64,000 nt of DNA from an uncultured Actinomycetota bacterium (GTDB lineage: Bacteria > Actinomycetota > Actinomycetes > Actinomycetales > CAWJMD01): positions 1,663,784 to 1,727,783 of the forward strand of contig OY970255.1 in assembly GCA_963715595.1 (NCBI GenBank). The letters run 5' to 3'. A program made the position numbers and the translations under genes. Within the stretch, counting starts at the first letter, position 1. Every line of letters starts with the position of its first letter. The notes below the pieces were generated by a model. That model had not been told where the DNA came from. It searched no databases and saw nothing but the letters and a program-made list of their open reading frames with translations. This document shows positions 9,317 to 18,575 of the stretch, piece by piece.

Positions 9317-9871
9317 TCACGACGCGTTGTCCGCCAGCAGCGGCGGGCACGCCTTGTCCGGGCCCGCGAGCAGCTCGTAGTGCCAGATCTCGTTGGCGTA
9401 GACCTGGCAGAGCCCGAACGACGGGCCGTGCAGCGACATCCAGTACGCGGCGTCGGTCGGTCCGACGTCGACGGCGTCGCCCGGCACGTGCGCCGACGTG
9501 TCGGGGGTCGCGACCCACCGTGCGGCCTCCTCGGCGCTGCCGTACCTCGCGACCGCCTCGTCGAGGAGCTGCTGCTGGAACGCCCTGCTGCGCCACCCGC
9601 TGGTCACCTCGACCTCGATGCCGTCCTCGCGTGCGGCGGCGGCGGCCCGGCGCAGCGCGTCGAGCAGCGCCGGGTCGAGGCCGGTGACGGCCGCGACGTC
9701 GGCGTCGACCCCGACCCTCGCCCCGTCGAGGTCACCGCCCTGCAGCCCGAGCGCGTCGGCGGTCTCGCCCGATGGCGGCGGCGCCGCGTACGCCGGCTCG
9801 TCGCCGGGGCCCCCGCACCCGGCGAGGAGGAGCAGGACGAGGAGGGCGGTGACGGCTCGGCAGGTGTCCAC
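9317..9871 (-). CDS. M15-family D,D-carboxypeptidase (VanY-like) lipoprotein
   Basis: Lipobox LLLLAGCGG. SGWRSRAFQQQLL, HVPGDAVDV and NEIWHYEL are Zn-ligand and catalytic motifs of the VanY/M15 family. Start taken at GTG 9871; the longer ORF runs to 10012. Confidence 0.8.
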   Translation of the reverse strand: MDTCRAVTALLVLLLLAGCGGPGDEPAYAAPPPSGETADALGLQGGDLDGARVGVDADVAAVTGLDPALLDALRRAAAAAREDGIEVEVTSGWRSRAFQQQLLDEAVARYGSAEEAARWVATPDTSAHVPGDAVDVGPTDAAYWMSLHGPSFGLCQVYANEIWHYELLAGPDKACPPLLADNAS

Positions 9872-10025
9872 GGTCCAGGAGCCTCGCTCCGCCCGGGTGG
9901 GCCACGGATCCGTCGCAGGTACCGGTGGACGCTCCGCAGGTGCCACGTGACCGGCACCGCCCGGTGGACCACCACCCCCTGATCGGTCGAGACCCGTTGT
10001 CGTACCTGGCATCTAGAGTGGGTGC

Positions 10026-11438
10026 ATGAGGTCGGACGACACCAGCAGCACCCTGGTGGCCGACCTGCGTGCGCACTCGCTGACCGACTTCGCCCGCGAC
10101 GCGGCCCGGTTGCGCAAGATCGACACGATCACCCGGCACGTGCACGCCAGCGAGTCCTGGCAGCTCGGCCTGCCCGCCCTGGTCGGTGCCGCACGCGACG
10201 GCCGGATCGGGGCGCACGACCTGGACCTGATCGCCGCCGACGAGGTCGCCGCCTCCACCGGCCTGGCCCGCTGGCACGCCGAACGCGAGGTCCACGCCGC
10301 CCGCCGGCTGTGCCGGGTCCTGCCCCGCACCCTCGCGGCGTTGGAGCACGGCCGCCTCGACGGCGCCCGCGCCCGGGTCCTGGCCGCAGAGACCGACGGA
10401 CTGCCCGACCACCTCACCCACCAGGTCGAGACCACCGTGCTCGACGCGCTACCCGCACTGCCGCTGACCGGGACCGGCCCGGTCGGGCCCTGGGACGGGG
10501 TCCAGCCGCCGGCGTTCACCGCCCGCGTCCGCAAGGCCGTCGCCGCCGTACGCACCGACCACGAGGACAAGGTCCGCCGCGAGGTCCGCGAACGCACCGG
10601 CACCTGGGTCCAGGTCGACCCCACCAACCCCGCCGTCGCGACCCTGACCGTGACCGGCCCCACCGCCCAGATCGTGGGGATCGCCGACGCCCTCGAGACC
10701 CGCGCCCGCGCCCTGACCCCGGACGAGCTGGCGGGCCGCACCCTCGGGATGGCCAAGGTCGACACCCTCGAGGCCGCCGTCCTCGGCGACGCAGGCGGTC
10801 GGCCCGCAGGTGGGCCCAGCAGTGGCCGGCGCGAGCTCGGCGTGGTGCTGCACGCCGACACCCTGCTCGACGACGGCGACGCCAAGGACGCCCCCGGTGA
10901 GGTCCGCGGCGTCGGCGCCCCCGTACCCGCCTCAGCAGCGGTCGCCCGCGTCGCCGCGACCGACCTGCTCGACCGCGGCGCCACCACCTGCGTGCTGCTC
11001 ACCGACGACACCGGCCACCTCACCCGCCTCGTCCGCGTCGGCCGGGCCCCCGAGACCGGCTGGACCCGCGCGGCCCTGATCGCCGCCACCCGCCGCGCCC
11101 TGCGCACGCAACCCGACCCGCGCCACACCACCGACGCCTACGCCCCGACCGTCGAGATCGACCAGACCGTCCGCGCCCGCGACCCGGTCTGCACCTTCCC
11201 CGGCTGCGCCGTCCCCGCCGCCCGCTGCGACCTCGACCACCAGGTCCCCCACCCCGCAGGACCCACCACGGTCGCCAACCTGAGCCCGAGGTCGCGCCGC
11301 TGCCACCGCTGGAAGACCGCCGGCCTCTGGCACGTACAACCACGCCTCGACCACAACGGCCACGTCATCGCCCACCACTGGACCAGCCCCCTCGGCACCC
11401 CCCAGGTCGTCGAGGTCCCGACCCTGCCCGGCTGCTGA
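10026..11438 (+). CDS. DUF222 domain protein with C-terminal HNH endonuclease (REP13E12-type)
   Basis: C-terminal CTFPGCAVPAARCDLDHQVPH...RRCHRWK is an HNH motif. The long N-terminal region resembles actinobacterial DUF222. Confidence 0.85.
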   Translation: MRSDDTSSTLVADLRAHSLTDFARDAARLRKIDTITRHVHASESWQLGLPALVGAARDGRIGAHDLDLIAADEVAASTGLARWHAEREVHAARRLCRVLPRTLAALEHGRLDGARARVLAAETDGLPDHLTHQVETTVLDALPALPLTGTGPVGPWDGVQPPAFTARVRKAVAAVRTDHEDKVRREVRERTGTWVQVDPTNPAVATLTVTGPTAQIVGIADALETRARALTPDELAGRTLGMAKVDTLEAAVLGDAGGRPAGGPSSGRRELGVVLHADTLLDDGDAKDAPGEVRGVGAPVPASAAVARVAATDLLDRGATTCVLLTDDTGHLTRLVRVGRAPETGWTRAALIAATRRALRTQPDPRHTTDAYAPTVEIDQTVRARDPVCTFPGCAVPAARCDLDHQVPHPAGPTTVANLSPRSRRCHRWKTAGLWHVQPRLDHNGHVIAHHWTSPLGTPQVVEVPTLPGC

Positions 11439-11490
11439 GCGGCGGGCCCACCGCCTGACCGAGCACCCTCCTCAGGCGTAGGTTGCGGCC

Positions 11491-12643
11491 GTGAGCGACG
11501 TCGTCACCAGTGCGGCCCGACGGGCCGTGGCCGACCGGATGGCCGAGGCGGCCGAGGCCTGGCTGCACCTGCTCGACGAGGACCAGTGCGCGGTCGGACG
11601 GGGCGCCGTGCCGGTGGACGACGGGCACCGACGACGAGCGGCGGCGCTGGTTCTACACCCCGACCGACCACGGCGGGCTGTCCGTGCACCAGCAGCGGCC
11701 CGCACAGCAGCAGGCCGCGCTGCGGCTCGTGTCCACCGGCCTGTCCCCCGCCGGCTACGCCACGGTGGCGACGACGATGGGCCTGGAGAACGTCCTCGAC
11801 CACCTCGAGGGCTTCCGCGCCCGGCTCGACCGCGAGCGCGGCCGCGACCCGGGCCTGTACTACCTGCGGGTGTTCGGCGACCCCGCGGGCGACCGGCCGT
11901 GGGGCTGGCGCTTCGGCGGGCACCACGTGTCGCTGAACAACCTCGTCGTCGACGGCGAGCTGGTCTCCACCACGCCGTGCTTCGTCGGAGCCGACCCTGC
12001 CTGCGTGCCCCTGCTCGGTGGGGCCCTGAGCCGTCCGCTCGCCGCGGTCGAGGACCTCGCGCGCCATCTCGTCCGCTCGCTGCCGGGCGACCTGGCCGCT
12101 CGTGCGGTGCTGCTCCCCCGCGCCCCCTCCGACCTGGTCACCGCCAACCGGACCCGCGTCACCCCCGGGGACCGGGTCATCCCCCTGGCCGGCATCTGGC
12201 GGCACCGCTTCGCCGACGTCGAGGAGCAGAGCAGGCTGCAGGCACGCAGCGACTCGATCGACGACGCAGCCGGGCTCGACGACGACGACCACGAGGTGGT
12301 GGCGTTCACCACCTCCCCCAAGGGAGTCGCCGGACGCGACCTCGACGTGTCGCAGCGCGCGCTGCTGCGCGACCTGCTCGCCACCTACCTCGGGCGGGTG
12401 CCGGACGAGGTCTCGCCGCTCGCCGGCTACGACGACGCGGCCCTCGACGACGTCCACCTCGCGTGGGCCGGGTCCACCGAACCCGGTGCGCCGCACTACT
12501 ACCGGCTGCAGGGGCCGCGGTTGCTCGCCGAGTGGGACAACACCCAGCGCAGCGCGAACCACGCCCACTCGGTGTGGCGCGACCCGACGTCCGACTTCGG
12601 CCTGGACGTGCTCGCCGCGCACCGGACTCGCCACCACGGCTGA
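11491..12643 (+). CDS. DUF3500 family protein with an apparent 1-nt frameshift near the 5' end
   Basis: The N-terminus is in the frame of 11491 (..WLHLLDEDQCAVGRGAVPVDDG). The rest is in the frame of 11510 (TDDERRRWFYTPTDHGGLS..GGHHVSLN..). Removing one g from ggg at 11623-11625 joins them. The length of 1153 nt fits one extra base. Confidence 0.7.
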
Positions 12644-12687
12644 GGGAACGTCCGGCGCGGCCGGCGTCGAGGTGCGAGGCTGGATCC

Positions 12688-13287
12688 GTGGACCGGACCC
12701 GGGCGACGACGCTGCGCCGACTCCTCACGGGCACACCCCTGCTCGACCGGGTGGCCGACCTCGGCACCGGGCTGCGCTCCAGGTCGGGCCCGGGCGGGCT
12801 CCTGCTGGTCGGCACGCCGGACGAGGAGCCGTGGCACCTCGCGGCGCACCTGGGTGACGACGCGCGGCGCGCAGGGCTCCCGGGGCTGGTGCCGACGCTG
12901 GTGCGGCACCACGTCCCCGCGGGCGCTCGTCCGCACCTCGCGGTCGGGCTCGACCGGCTGGCCGAGGCCGGTCGGTCGTCGACGCTGCTCGTGGTGGCAC
13001 CGGACGACCCCGGCGAGCAGCTGCTCGAGCGCCTCGCCGACGCCCGGCGGCGCGGCAGCACCCTGTTCGCGGTGCACCAGGGCGAGGACGAGGTCGCGGG
13101 CCTCGCGCACGAGCAGATCGACGTGCCGGCCCTCCCCCTCGGCGGACCCGCGCGCGCGCCCGAGCTGCTCGACGGCAGCCGCTCGCTCGAGGTGGTGCAG
13201 CACCTGCTCAGCGTCACCGCCACCGACCCGCACCCGGCCCGCGCCGGCCGCCTCGCCGCGCTGCGCACCTGGCTCGCGCGGGGGTGA
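12688..13287 (+). CDS. Hypothetical protein
   Basis: Tail of the 11491 ORF frame, starting at GTG 12688. Coding-like composition, but no domain I recognise. Confidence 0.45.
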   Translation: MDRTRATTLRRLLTGTPLLDRVADLGTGLRSRSGPGGLLLVGTPDEEPWHLAAHLGDDARRAGLPGLVPTLVRHHVPAGARPHLAVGLDRLAEAGRSSTLLVVAPDDPGEQLLERLADARRRGSTLFAVHQGEDEVAGLAHEQIDVPALPLGGPARAPELLDGSRSLEVVQHLLSVTATDPHPARAGRLAALRTWLARG

Positions 13288-13326
13288 TCCCGGCCGGACG
13301 GTCCGGGCGACGTAGATTCTCTCGTC

Positions 13327-14007
13327 GTGCCCGCCCCCCTGCCCTTCTCCGCCGTCCTGTTCGACTGCGACGGCGTCCTCGTCGACTCCGAGCCCATCAC
13401 CAACCGCGTGCTGCGCGGCATGCTCCTCGACCTGGGCTGGGACCTCACCCCGGAGGAGTCGGTGCGCCGCTTCGTCGGCAAGGCCATCAAGGACGAGCTC
13501 GCGGTGATCGAGGAGCACACCGGCGTCCGGCCGGACGAGGTCTGGTTGCAGACGTTCCGGACGCGCCGCAACGCCGCGCTCCAGGCCGACCTGGTCGAGG
13601 TGCCGGGCGCCTCGGCCACCGTGCGCGCCGTCGCCGCGGCCCTCGGCCGCGTGGCGTGCGCGTCGGGCGCCGACCTGCACAAGGTGCACCTGCAGCTCAC
13701 CAAGGTCGGTCTCCTGGACGCCTTCGACGGACACGTGCACAGCGGGATGGACTGCCCGCGGAGCAAGCCGGCCCCCGACGTCTACCTGGCCGCGGCCGCC
13801 GGTCTCGGGGTCGACCCCGCGCGCTGCGTCGTGGTCGAGGACTCCGTCACGGGGGTGCGCGCCGGCGTCGAGGCCGGGGCCCGGGTGGTCGGCTTCAGCC
13901 CCGGCGGGGCGGCTCACACCCCGAGGGAGGCGCTGCTGGCCGCCGGGGCGAGCACCGTGGTGACCCGCGTGCCCGACCTGCTGCCCCTGATCGGCGTCGC
14001 CGCCTGA
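13327..14007 (+). CDS. HAD-superfamily hydrolase (subfamily IA, beta-phosphoglucomutase-like)
   Basis: The FDCDGVLVDSE motif I, and the distal VVVEDSVTGVRAG motif. Confidence 0.85.
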   Translation: MPAPLPFSAVLFDCDGVLVDSEPITNRVLRGMLLDLGWDLTPEESVRRFVGKAIKDELAVIEEHTGVRPDEVWLQTFRTRRNAALQADLVEVPGASATVRAVAAALGRVACASGADLHKVHLQLTKVGLLDAFDGHVHSGMDCPRSKPAPDVYLAAAAGLGVDPARCVVVEDSVTGVRAGVEAGARVVGFSPGGAAHTPREALLAAGASTVVTRVPDLLPLIGVAA

Positions 14008-14015
14008 CCCTGGTG

Positions 14016-14414
14016 TCAGGTGGTGCGGGCGTCGACCACCTCGTGGCCGAGCGGGGTGAGCGAGACGGGCACGAGCTTGAAGCTCGCGATGCCCAACGGG
14101 ATGCCGATCAGCGTGACGCAGAACGCGACGCCCGCCACGACGTGCCCCAGCGCCAGCCACCACCCGAACAGCACGATCCACAGCACGTTGCCGATCGCCG
14201 ACGGCACGCCGGCACCGGGGCGGCGCACCACGGTGCGCCCGAACGGCCACAGGCAGTACCCGGCCATCCGGAACGCCGCGACGCCGAACGGGATGGTGAC
14301 GACCAGCAGGCACGCCACCAGACCGGCGACGACGTAGGCCACCGCCATCCAGAAGCCCTCGACGACCAGCCACACCACGTTGAGGACGACCGCGATCGGG
14401 CCGCGGGGGTTCAC
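14016..14414 (-). CDS. YccF-domain inner membrane protein
   Basis: Duplicated YccF motifs (NVVWLVVEGFW..TIPFGVAAFRMAGYCLWPFG and NVLWIVLFGWW..LIGIPLGIASFKL). Confidence 0.85.
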   Translation of the reverse strand: MNPRGPIAVVLNVVWLVVEGFWMAVAYVVAGLVACLLVVTIPFGVAAFRMAGYCLWPFGRTVVRRPGAGVPSAIGNVLWIVLFGWWLALGHVVAGVAFCVTLIGIPLGIASFKLVPVSLTPLGHEVVDARTT

Positions 14415-14486
14415 GGGCGGGTCCTGCGGCGGCTGGTCGACATGCCGACAGCCTGCCGCACCGCGGGCCCGGCACTGCGCCCGGCC

Positions 14487-16268
14487 TCAGCCGGACAGCC
14501 GCTCCAGACGCGTGCGCAGCGACGCCTCGCGGTGCGCGTTGCCGCGCAGGCCGACGTACCGCTCACCGAACGCCGCGAGCAGCGCGTCGTCGAGGCGCCG
14601 CACCGCGCCCGGCGGGTACCGGTAGCCCATCCGCGCGGTGACCGCCTCGGCGTCGACCTCCCGCAGCACCGCGCCGAGCTCGACGAGCGAGTCGATGCCG
14701 AGCTCGAGCAGCAGACCGGAGATCCAGGCGTAGTGGTCGGTGCGCGACCAGCCCGCCTCGGCGTACTGGCCCGCGAGGAACGCGGCCAGCTCGCGCGCGC
14801 TGATGCGCGGGTCGTCGTCGACCGGTGCTGGTGCCTGCTCGGTCATGCCGGCCTGCAGCCGGTCGCGGATCTCGGAGAACTCGCGGTCGGCCAGCTCGAG
14901 CAGCCCGGCCGCGAGCGTGAACCGGCGGTCGAGGTCGGGCCCGTGCTCGTCGGGAACCGTTCCCTTGTACCGGATGTCGTGCTCGAACTCGGCCCAGGCG
15001 TGCTGCAGCACGGTACGGATCTGCACCTGCGCCTGCCGCCCGCGCAGGGGCGACAGCGCGGGCTGGCTGTCGCGGGCGGCGTCGAGCCGGACGAGGAGGT
15101 GGCGGCTGGCGTAGCCGAAGCGCCCCTCGCTGGCTGTCTCGCGCCCCATGTCGCGGTCGTCGACCACCACCACCTGGTCGTCGAGCAGGTCGGCGACGGC
15201 GTCGACGTCGCTGTGCACGTAGGTGATCACGCGCAGCCCGATCACGTCGGTGATCTGGGTGAGCGGGTCGTCGAAGGCGGGCACCCCGTCGACCACCCGC
15301 GCGGCCTTGCCCGCGAACGACGCGACGCTCTTGGCGCGACCGGTGACGCTCAGGTAGTTGATCCCGGCGTCGTCGAGGATCGCGGTGACCAGGCCGACCC
15401 ACTGCTCGGCCGCGTCGGCCAGGCCGGGCTGCAGCTCGCCGTAGGCCCGCACGGCGTCGCGCACGACGGCGGTGTGGTCGGGCGCCTCGCGCCGCGTGCG
15501 CGGCGACGGCGTCAGGCCCTCGGGCAGCGTCGGCGTGACGACGTACCCGGTGCGGCCGTCGCCGTACGTCGTGGTGGCCTGCGGCCGCCGCTCGGCGAAC
15601 AGCGCGACGTAGGCGGCGACCACGGCGTCGACCTGGTCCTCCACCTCGCGCAGTCCGCTCTTGCGGGTGGCGGTGGTGGCGGCCGCCCGCAGCCGCGCCC
15701 ACTCCCCGTCGTCGCCGCCGAGGTGCAGCGCCGGGTCGGCCGCCGACAGCCCCTCCAGGTGGGCCATCAGCAGCAGCAGCTCCGCACGCAGGCCCTCCAG
15801 CGTCCGCCCGGGCTTGTTCTTGTACTTGAGCGTGCGACCCAGCCGGAACAGCGCGACGGTCGCCGGGTGGGGGTAGACCTCGATGCCGCGGCGGCGCCGG
15901 CGCGAGCGCGGGTTGATGTCGAGCCCCAGGCGCGCGCAGATCCGTGCGCCGCGCGGGACCCCGCTGAACTCGGGCTTGCCGGTGTTGGACGGGTGGGCAC
16001 CGGCGTCGAACCGGGCGAAGTCGGCGTTGAGCAGCGCCTCGGCGGGACGGTTGCCGGTCGGGTTGGTGACGATCAGCGGCGCGTCGACGGCCACCAGGCA
16101 CCGGCCCTCGACGTACGGCCCCAGCGCGTCGACCACCTGGTCGTCGGTGCGCACGGTCGAGACGTGCACCAGCGTGCCGGCGTCGTCGAGGACGGCGAGG
16201 CCGGTGGGGTTCTTCTCGCCCCAGGCGAGGTCGATGCCGACGAAGTGCACGGCCCCACCCTGCCGCAC
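14487..16268 (-). CDS. actRel-type bifunctional protein: N-terminal DUF429 (RNase H-like) domain fused to a RelA/SpoT (p)ppGpp-synthetase domain
   Basis: The N-terminus has HFVGIDLAWGEKNPTGLAVLD and LVAVDAPLIV (DUF429/RNase H-like). The C-terminal half has TGRAKSVASFAGKAAR, DVIGLRVITY, GYASRHLLV and QVQIRTVLQHAWAEFEHDIRYK (RelA_SpoT synthetase motifs). Confidence 0.85.
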   Translation of the reverse strand: MRQGGAVHFVGIDLAWGEKNPTGLAVLDDAGTLVHVSTVRTDDQVVDALGPYVEGRCLVAVDAPLIVTNPTGNRPAEALLNADFARFDAGAHPSNTGKPEFSGVPRGARICARLGLDINPRSRRRRRGIEVYPHPATVALFRLGRTLKYKNKPGRTLEGLRAELLLLMAHLEGLSAADPALHLGGDDGEWARLRAAATTATRKSGLREVEDQVDAVVAAYVALFAERRPQATTTYGDGRTGYVVTPTLPEGLTPSPRTRREAPDHTAVVRDAVRAYGELQPGLADAAEQWVGLVTAILDDAGINYLSVTGRAKSVASFAGKAARVVDGVPAFDDPLTQITDVIGLRVITYVHSDVDAVADLLDDQVVVVDDRDMGRETASEGRFGYASRHLLVRLDAARDSQPALSPLRGRQAQVQIRTVLQHAWAEFEHDIRYKGTVPDEHGPDLDRRFTLAAGLLELADREFSEIRDRLQAGMTEQAPAPVDDDPRISARELAAFLAGQYAEAGWSRTDHYAWISGLLLELGIDSLVELGAVLREVDAEAVTARMGYRYPPGAVRRLDDALLAAFGERYVGLRGNAHREASLRTRLERLSG

Positions 16269-16275
16269 CGTCTCC

Positions 16276-16899
16276 CTACGCCTCGAAGCGGCTCGGGTCG
16301 CCGGCGCCGACCCGCACGACCTCCGGTGCGCCCGAGGAGAAGTCGACGACCGTGGTCGGCTGCGTGCCGCACTCGCCGGAGTCGACGACCACGTCGAGGA
16401 CGGCGTCGAGCTCGTCCTTGACCAGCCAGCCCTCGGTCATCGGCTGCTCCTCGTCGGGCAGGATCAGGGTGCTCGACAGCATCGGCTCGCCGAGCTCGTC
16501 GAGCAGGGCGCGCACCACCGCGTGGTCGGGGATGCGGACGCCGACCGTCTTCTTCTTCGGGTGCATCAGCCGCTTCGGCACCTCGGCGGTCGCCGGGAGG
16601 ATGAAGGTGTACGAGCCGGGGGTCGCCGCCTTGACCGCCCGGAACACCGCGTTGTCGATGTGCACGAGCTGACCGAGCTGGGCGAAGTCGCGGCACAGCA
16701 GCGTGAAGTGGTGCTTGTCGTCGAGGCGGCGGATCGCGACGATGCGGTCGCGTCCGGCCTGGTTGCCCAGCGCGCACCCGAGGGCGTACCCGGAGTCGGT
16801 GGGGTAGGCGATGAGCCCCCCGTCGCGGACGGTCTGCACGGCCTGCCCGATCAGCCGCGGCTGCGGGTCGTCGGGGTGCACGTCGAGGTAGCGGGCCAT
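16276..16899 (-). CDS. yciO: YrdC/Sua5-family protein, YciO subfamily (TsaC paralogue)
   Basis: VHPDDPQPRLIGQAVQTVRDGGLIAYPTDSGYALGC, HHFTLLCRDFAQL, TPGSYTFIL, KKTVGVRIP and LGEPMLSSTLILP resemble E. coli YciO as I recall it, more than TsaC. Confidence 0.75.
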   Translation of the reverse strand: MARYLDVHPDDPQPRLIGQAVQTVRDGGLIAYPTDSGYALGCALGNQAGRDRIVAIRRLDDKHHFTLLCRDFAQLGQLVHIDNAVFRAVKAATPGSYTFILPATAEVPKRLMHPKKKTVGVRIPDHAVVRALLDELGEPMLSSTLILPDEEQPMTEGWLVKDELDAVLDVVVDSGECGTQPTTVVDFSSGAPEVVRVGAGDPSRFEA

Positions 16900-17765
16900 C
16901 AGTCCTCCTGGTCGACGACGTCGCCCGGGCGGGCGACCTCCACGCGCGTGCTCAGGACGTGCGAGGCACCCGGGGCGAGGGTCACCGCGCGGGCGCCGAC
17001 CGCAGCCGCCTCGACGCAGACGAACCGCCGCCACTCCCCCGCGGCGAGGTCGGTCAGCGCCTCGCCCTTGCGTTCCCCCGGGCTCCACAGCACCGTGCTG
17101 CCCGACCCCTCCTTCGAGACGGTCAGCACGCGTCCCAGCACGGGGTCGTCGACCCGCACCGCGCCGGCCGAGTCGTAGACGCGGTCGACCTCGCCCCGCA
17201 CCGTCAGCGTCTCCCCGTCGGCCTCGCACCGCGCGGGCCCGCCCGCCGCCGTCTTGTCGAGGTACGAGGCGTCCTCGAGGCCGCTCACCCGCACCTGCTC
17301 GACGTCACCGACCCGCAGGTAGGTGTGCAGGGCGAGCTCGACCTCGGCCACCTGGCGCCCGGCGTTCGTCACCGTCAGCGAGATCGTGACGCCCTCGCCG
17401 AACGACGCGTCGAGGGTGGCGTCGAGCAGACCGCGGTCGGGGTCGAAACCGTCGACACCGGAGGCGATCTCGTGGCCGAGTCGATACGACACCTCGACCG
17501 AGGCGTCACGCGTCGTCAGGTGCAGGAGCTCCCACGGGGCCTGTCGGGCATAGCCGTGCGAGGGGGTCAGGTCGCCGTCGGGGCCGTTTCCGAACCACGG
17601 CATCACGACGGGGACGCCCATGTGGGCGGGGTGCACGTCGGGCAGCCGCTCGCCCGCGAACAGCACCGGCTCGTGCCCCGGCGGCTGCCACCGCAGCACC
17701 TGCGCGCCGAGGCCGCGCGTCTCGTGGACGGTGCCGTCGGCCAGGTGGCCGCTGGTGGTGCTCAC
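16899..17765 (-). CDS. Aldose 1-epimerase family protein (D-hexose-6-phosphate mutarotase-like)
   Basis: PWFG, HGYAR and HTYLRV motifs. The stop overlaps the yciO start (TGATG). The GTG start overlaps the upstream stop (GTGA at 17762-17765). Confidence 0.8.
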   Translation of the reverse strand: MSTTSGHLADGTVHETRGLGAQVLRWQPPGHEPVLFAGERLPDVHPAHMGVPVVMPWFGNGPDGDLTPSHGYARQAPWELLHLTTRDASVEVSYRLGHEIASGVDGFDPDRGLLDATLDASFGEGVTISLTVTNAGRQVAEVELALHTYLRVGDVEQVRVSGLEDASYLDKTAAGGPARCEADGETLTVRGEVDRVYDSAGAVRVDDPVLGRVLTVSKEGSGSTVLWSPGERKGEALTDLAAGEWRRFVCVEAAAVGARAVTLAPGASHVLSTRVEVARPGDVVDQED

Positions 17766-18190
17766 CCCGCGAGCGTAGTGCGGCGGCCCGTCCAGCGGAG
17801 CCAGGCGATGCCGAGCACGGGCAGCACCAGCGGGACGTAGCCGTACCCGCTGCCGAAGCCCGACCACACGGTCGCCTCGGGGAAGTCGGCGGCGTCGACG
17901 AGGGTGAGGGTGCCCACGACGAGCACGCCGACCAGCTCGACGACCACGGCGGTCCACGCCACCCGGCGCGCGCCCGGGGTGGACCGCGCCAGCGAGACGG
18001 TCGCCACCACGTAGACCAGCGCCGCCAGGGCCGACAGCAGGTACGCGGCCGGGGCCTCCGACAGCTTGGTGGCGAGCTGGTACCCCGCTCGCGCCGTCGC
18101 CGAGATCGCGAACACGCCGTAGACGGCCACCAGCAGCCGCCCCGGGCCGGCCGCCGTCGAGCGGGGGGCGAGCGGCTCGCGCTCAGCCAC
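17762..18190 (-). CDS. Hypothetical membrane protein
   Basis: Four predicted hydrophobic helices. Overlaps its neighbours in an operon-like way. Confidence 0.55.
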   Translation of the reverse strand: MAEREPLAPRSTAAGPGRLLVAVYGVFAISATARAGYQLATKLSEAPAAYLLSALAALVYVVATVSLARSTPGARRVAWTAVVVELVGVLVVGTLTLVDAADFPEATVWSGFGSGYGYVPLVLPVLGIAWLRWTGRRTTLAG

Positions 18191-18545
18191 GACCGGCCCA
18201 GATCTGCAGCAGGCGCAGCACCAGCACGACCTCGGTCGCGGCGGCGATCGCGAACACGCCGTTGCCCCAGCGGCTGCGGTCGGCGATGCCCCAGCCGACG
18301 CCGAGCACCAGCACGGCGAGCGCGGTCAGGTGGTACCCGACGAAGGTGACGGCGTCGACGTCGCGGTCGGTGGTGGCCAGCAGCACCACCCCGGCGATCG
18401 TCTGGAGCAGCAGGGCCACCTCGAGCACGGCGGCCGCGACGAGCTGGCCGGTGCTGGGCCGCACCCCGCGCACGGCCGCGACGAGCGACCACAGCGCCAG
18501 GCCCGACGCCGCGACGACCAGCGCGACGGCGACGGGGGTGAGCAC
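18183..18545 (-). CDS. Hypothetical membrane protein
   Basis: Hydrophobic 120-aa tail of the ORF at 18183-19130, starting at GTG 18545. The upstream part of that ORF is antisense to the phosphatase gene. Confidence 0.5.
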   Translation of the reverse strand: MLTPVAVALVVAASGLALWSLVAAVRGVRPSTGQLVAAAVLEVALLLQTIAGVVLLATTDRDVDAVTFVGYHLTALAVLVLGVGWGIADRSRWGNGVFAIAAATEVVLVLRLLQIWAGRG

Positions 18546-18575
18546 GTGCGCGAGTCTACGAATACGGTGCAGGGC

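Noticed and set aside
13284-16421. 1045-aa plus-strand ORF across the HAD, YccF and actRel genes
   Set aside because: It runs through genes on both strands that have clear domain signatures. Its composition is typical of a GC-frame artefact.
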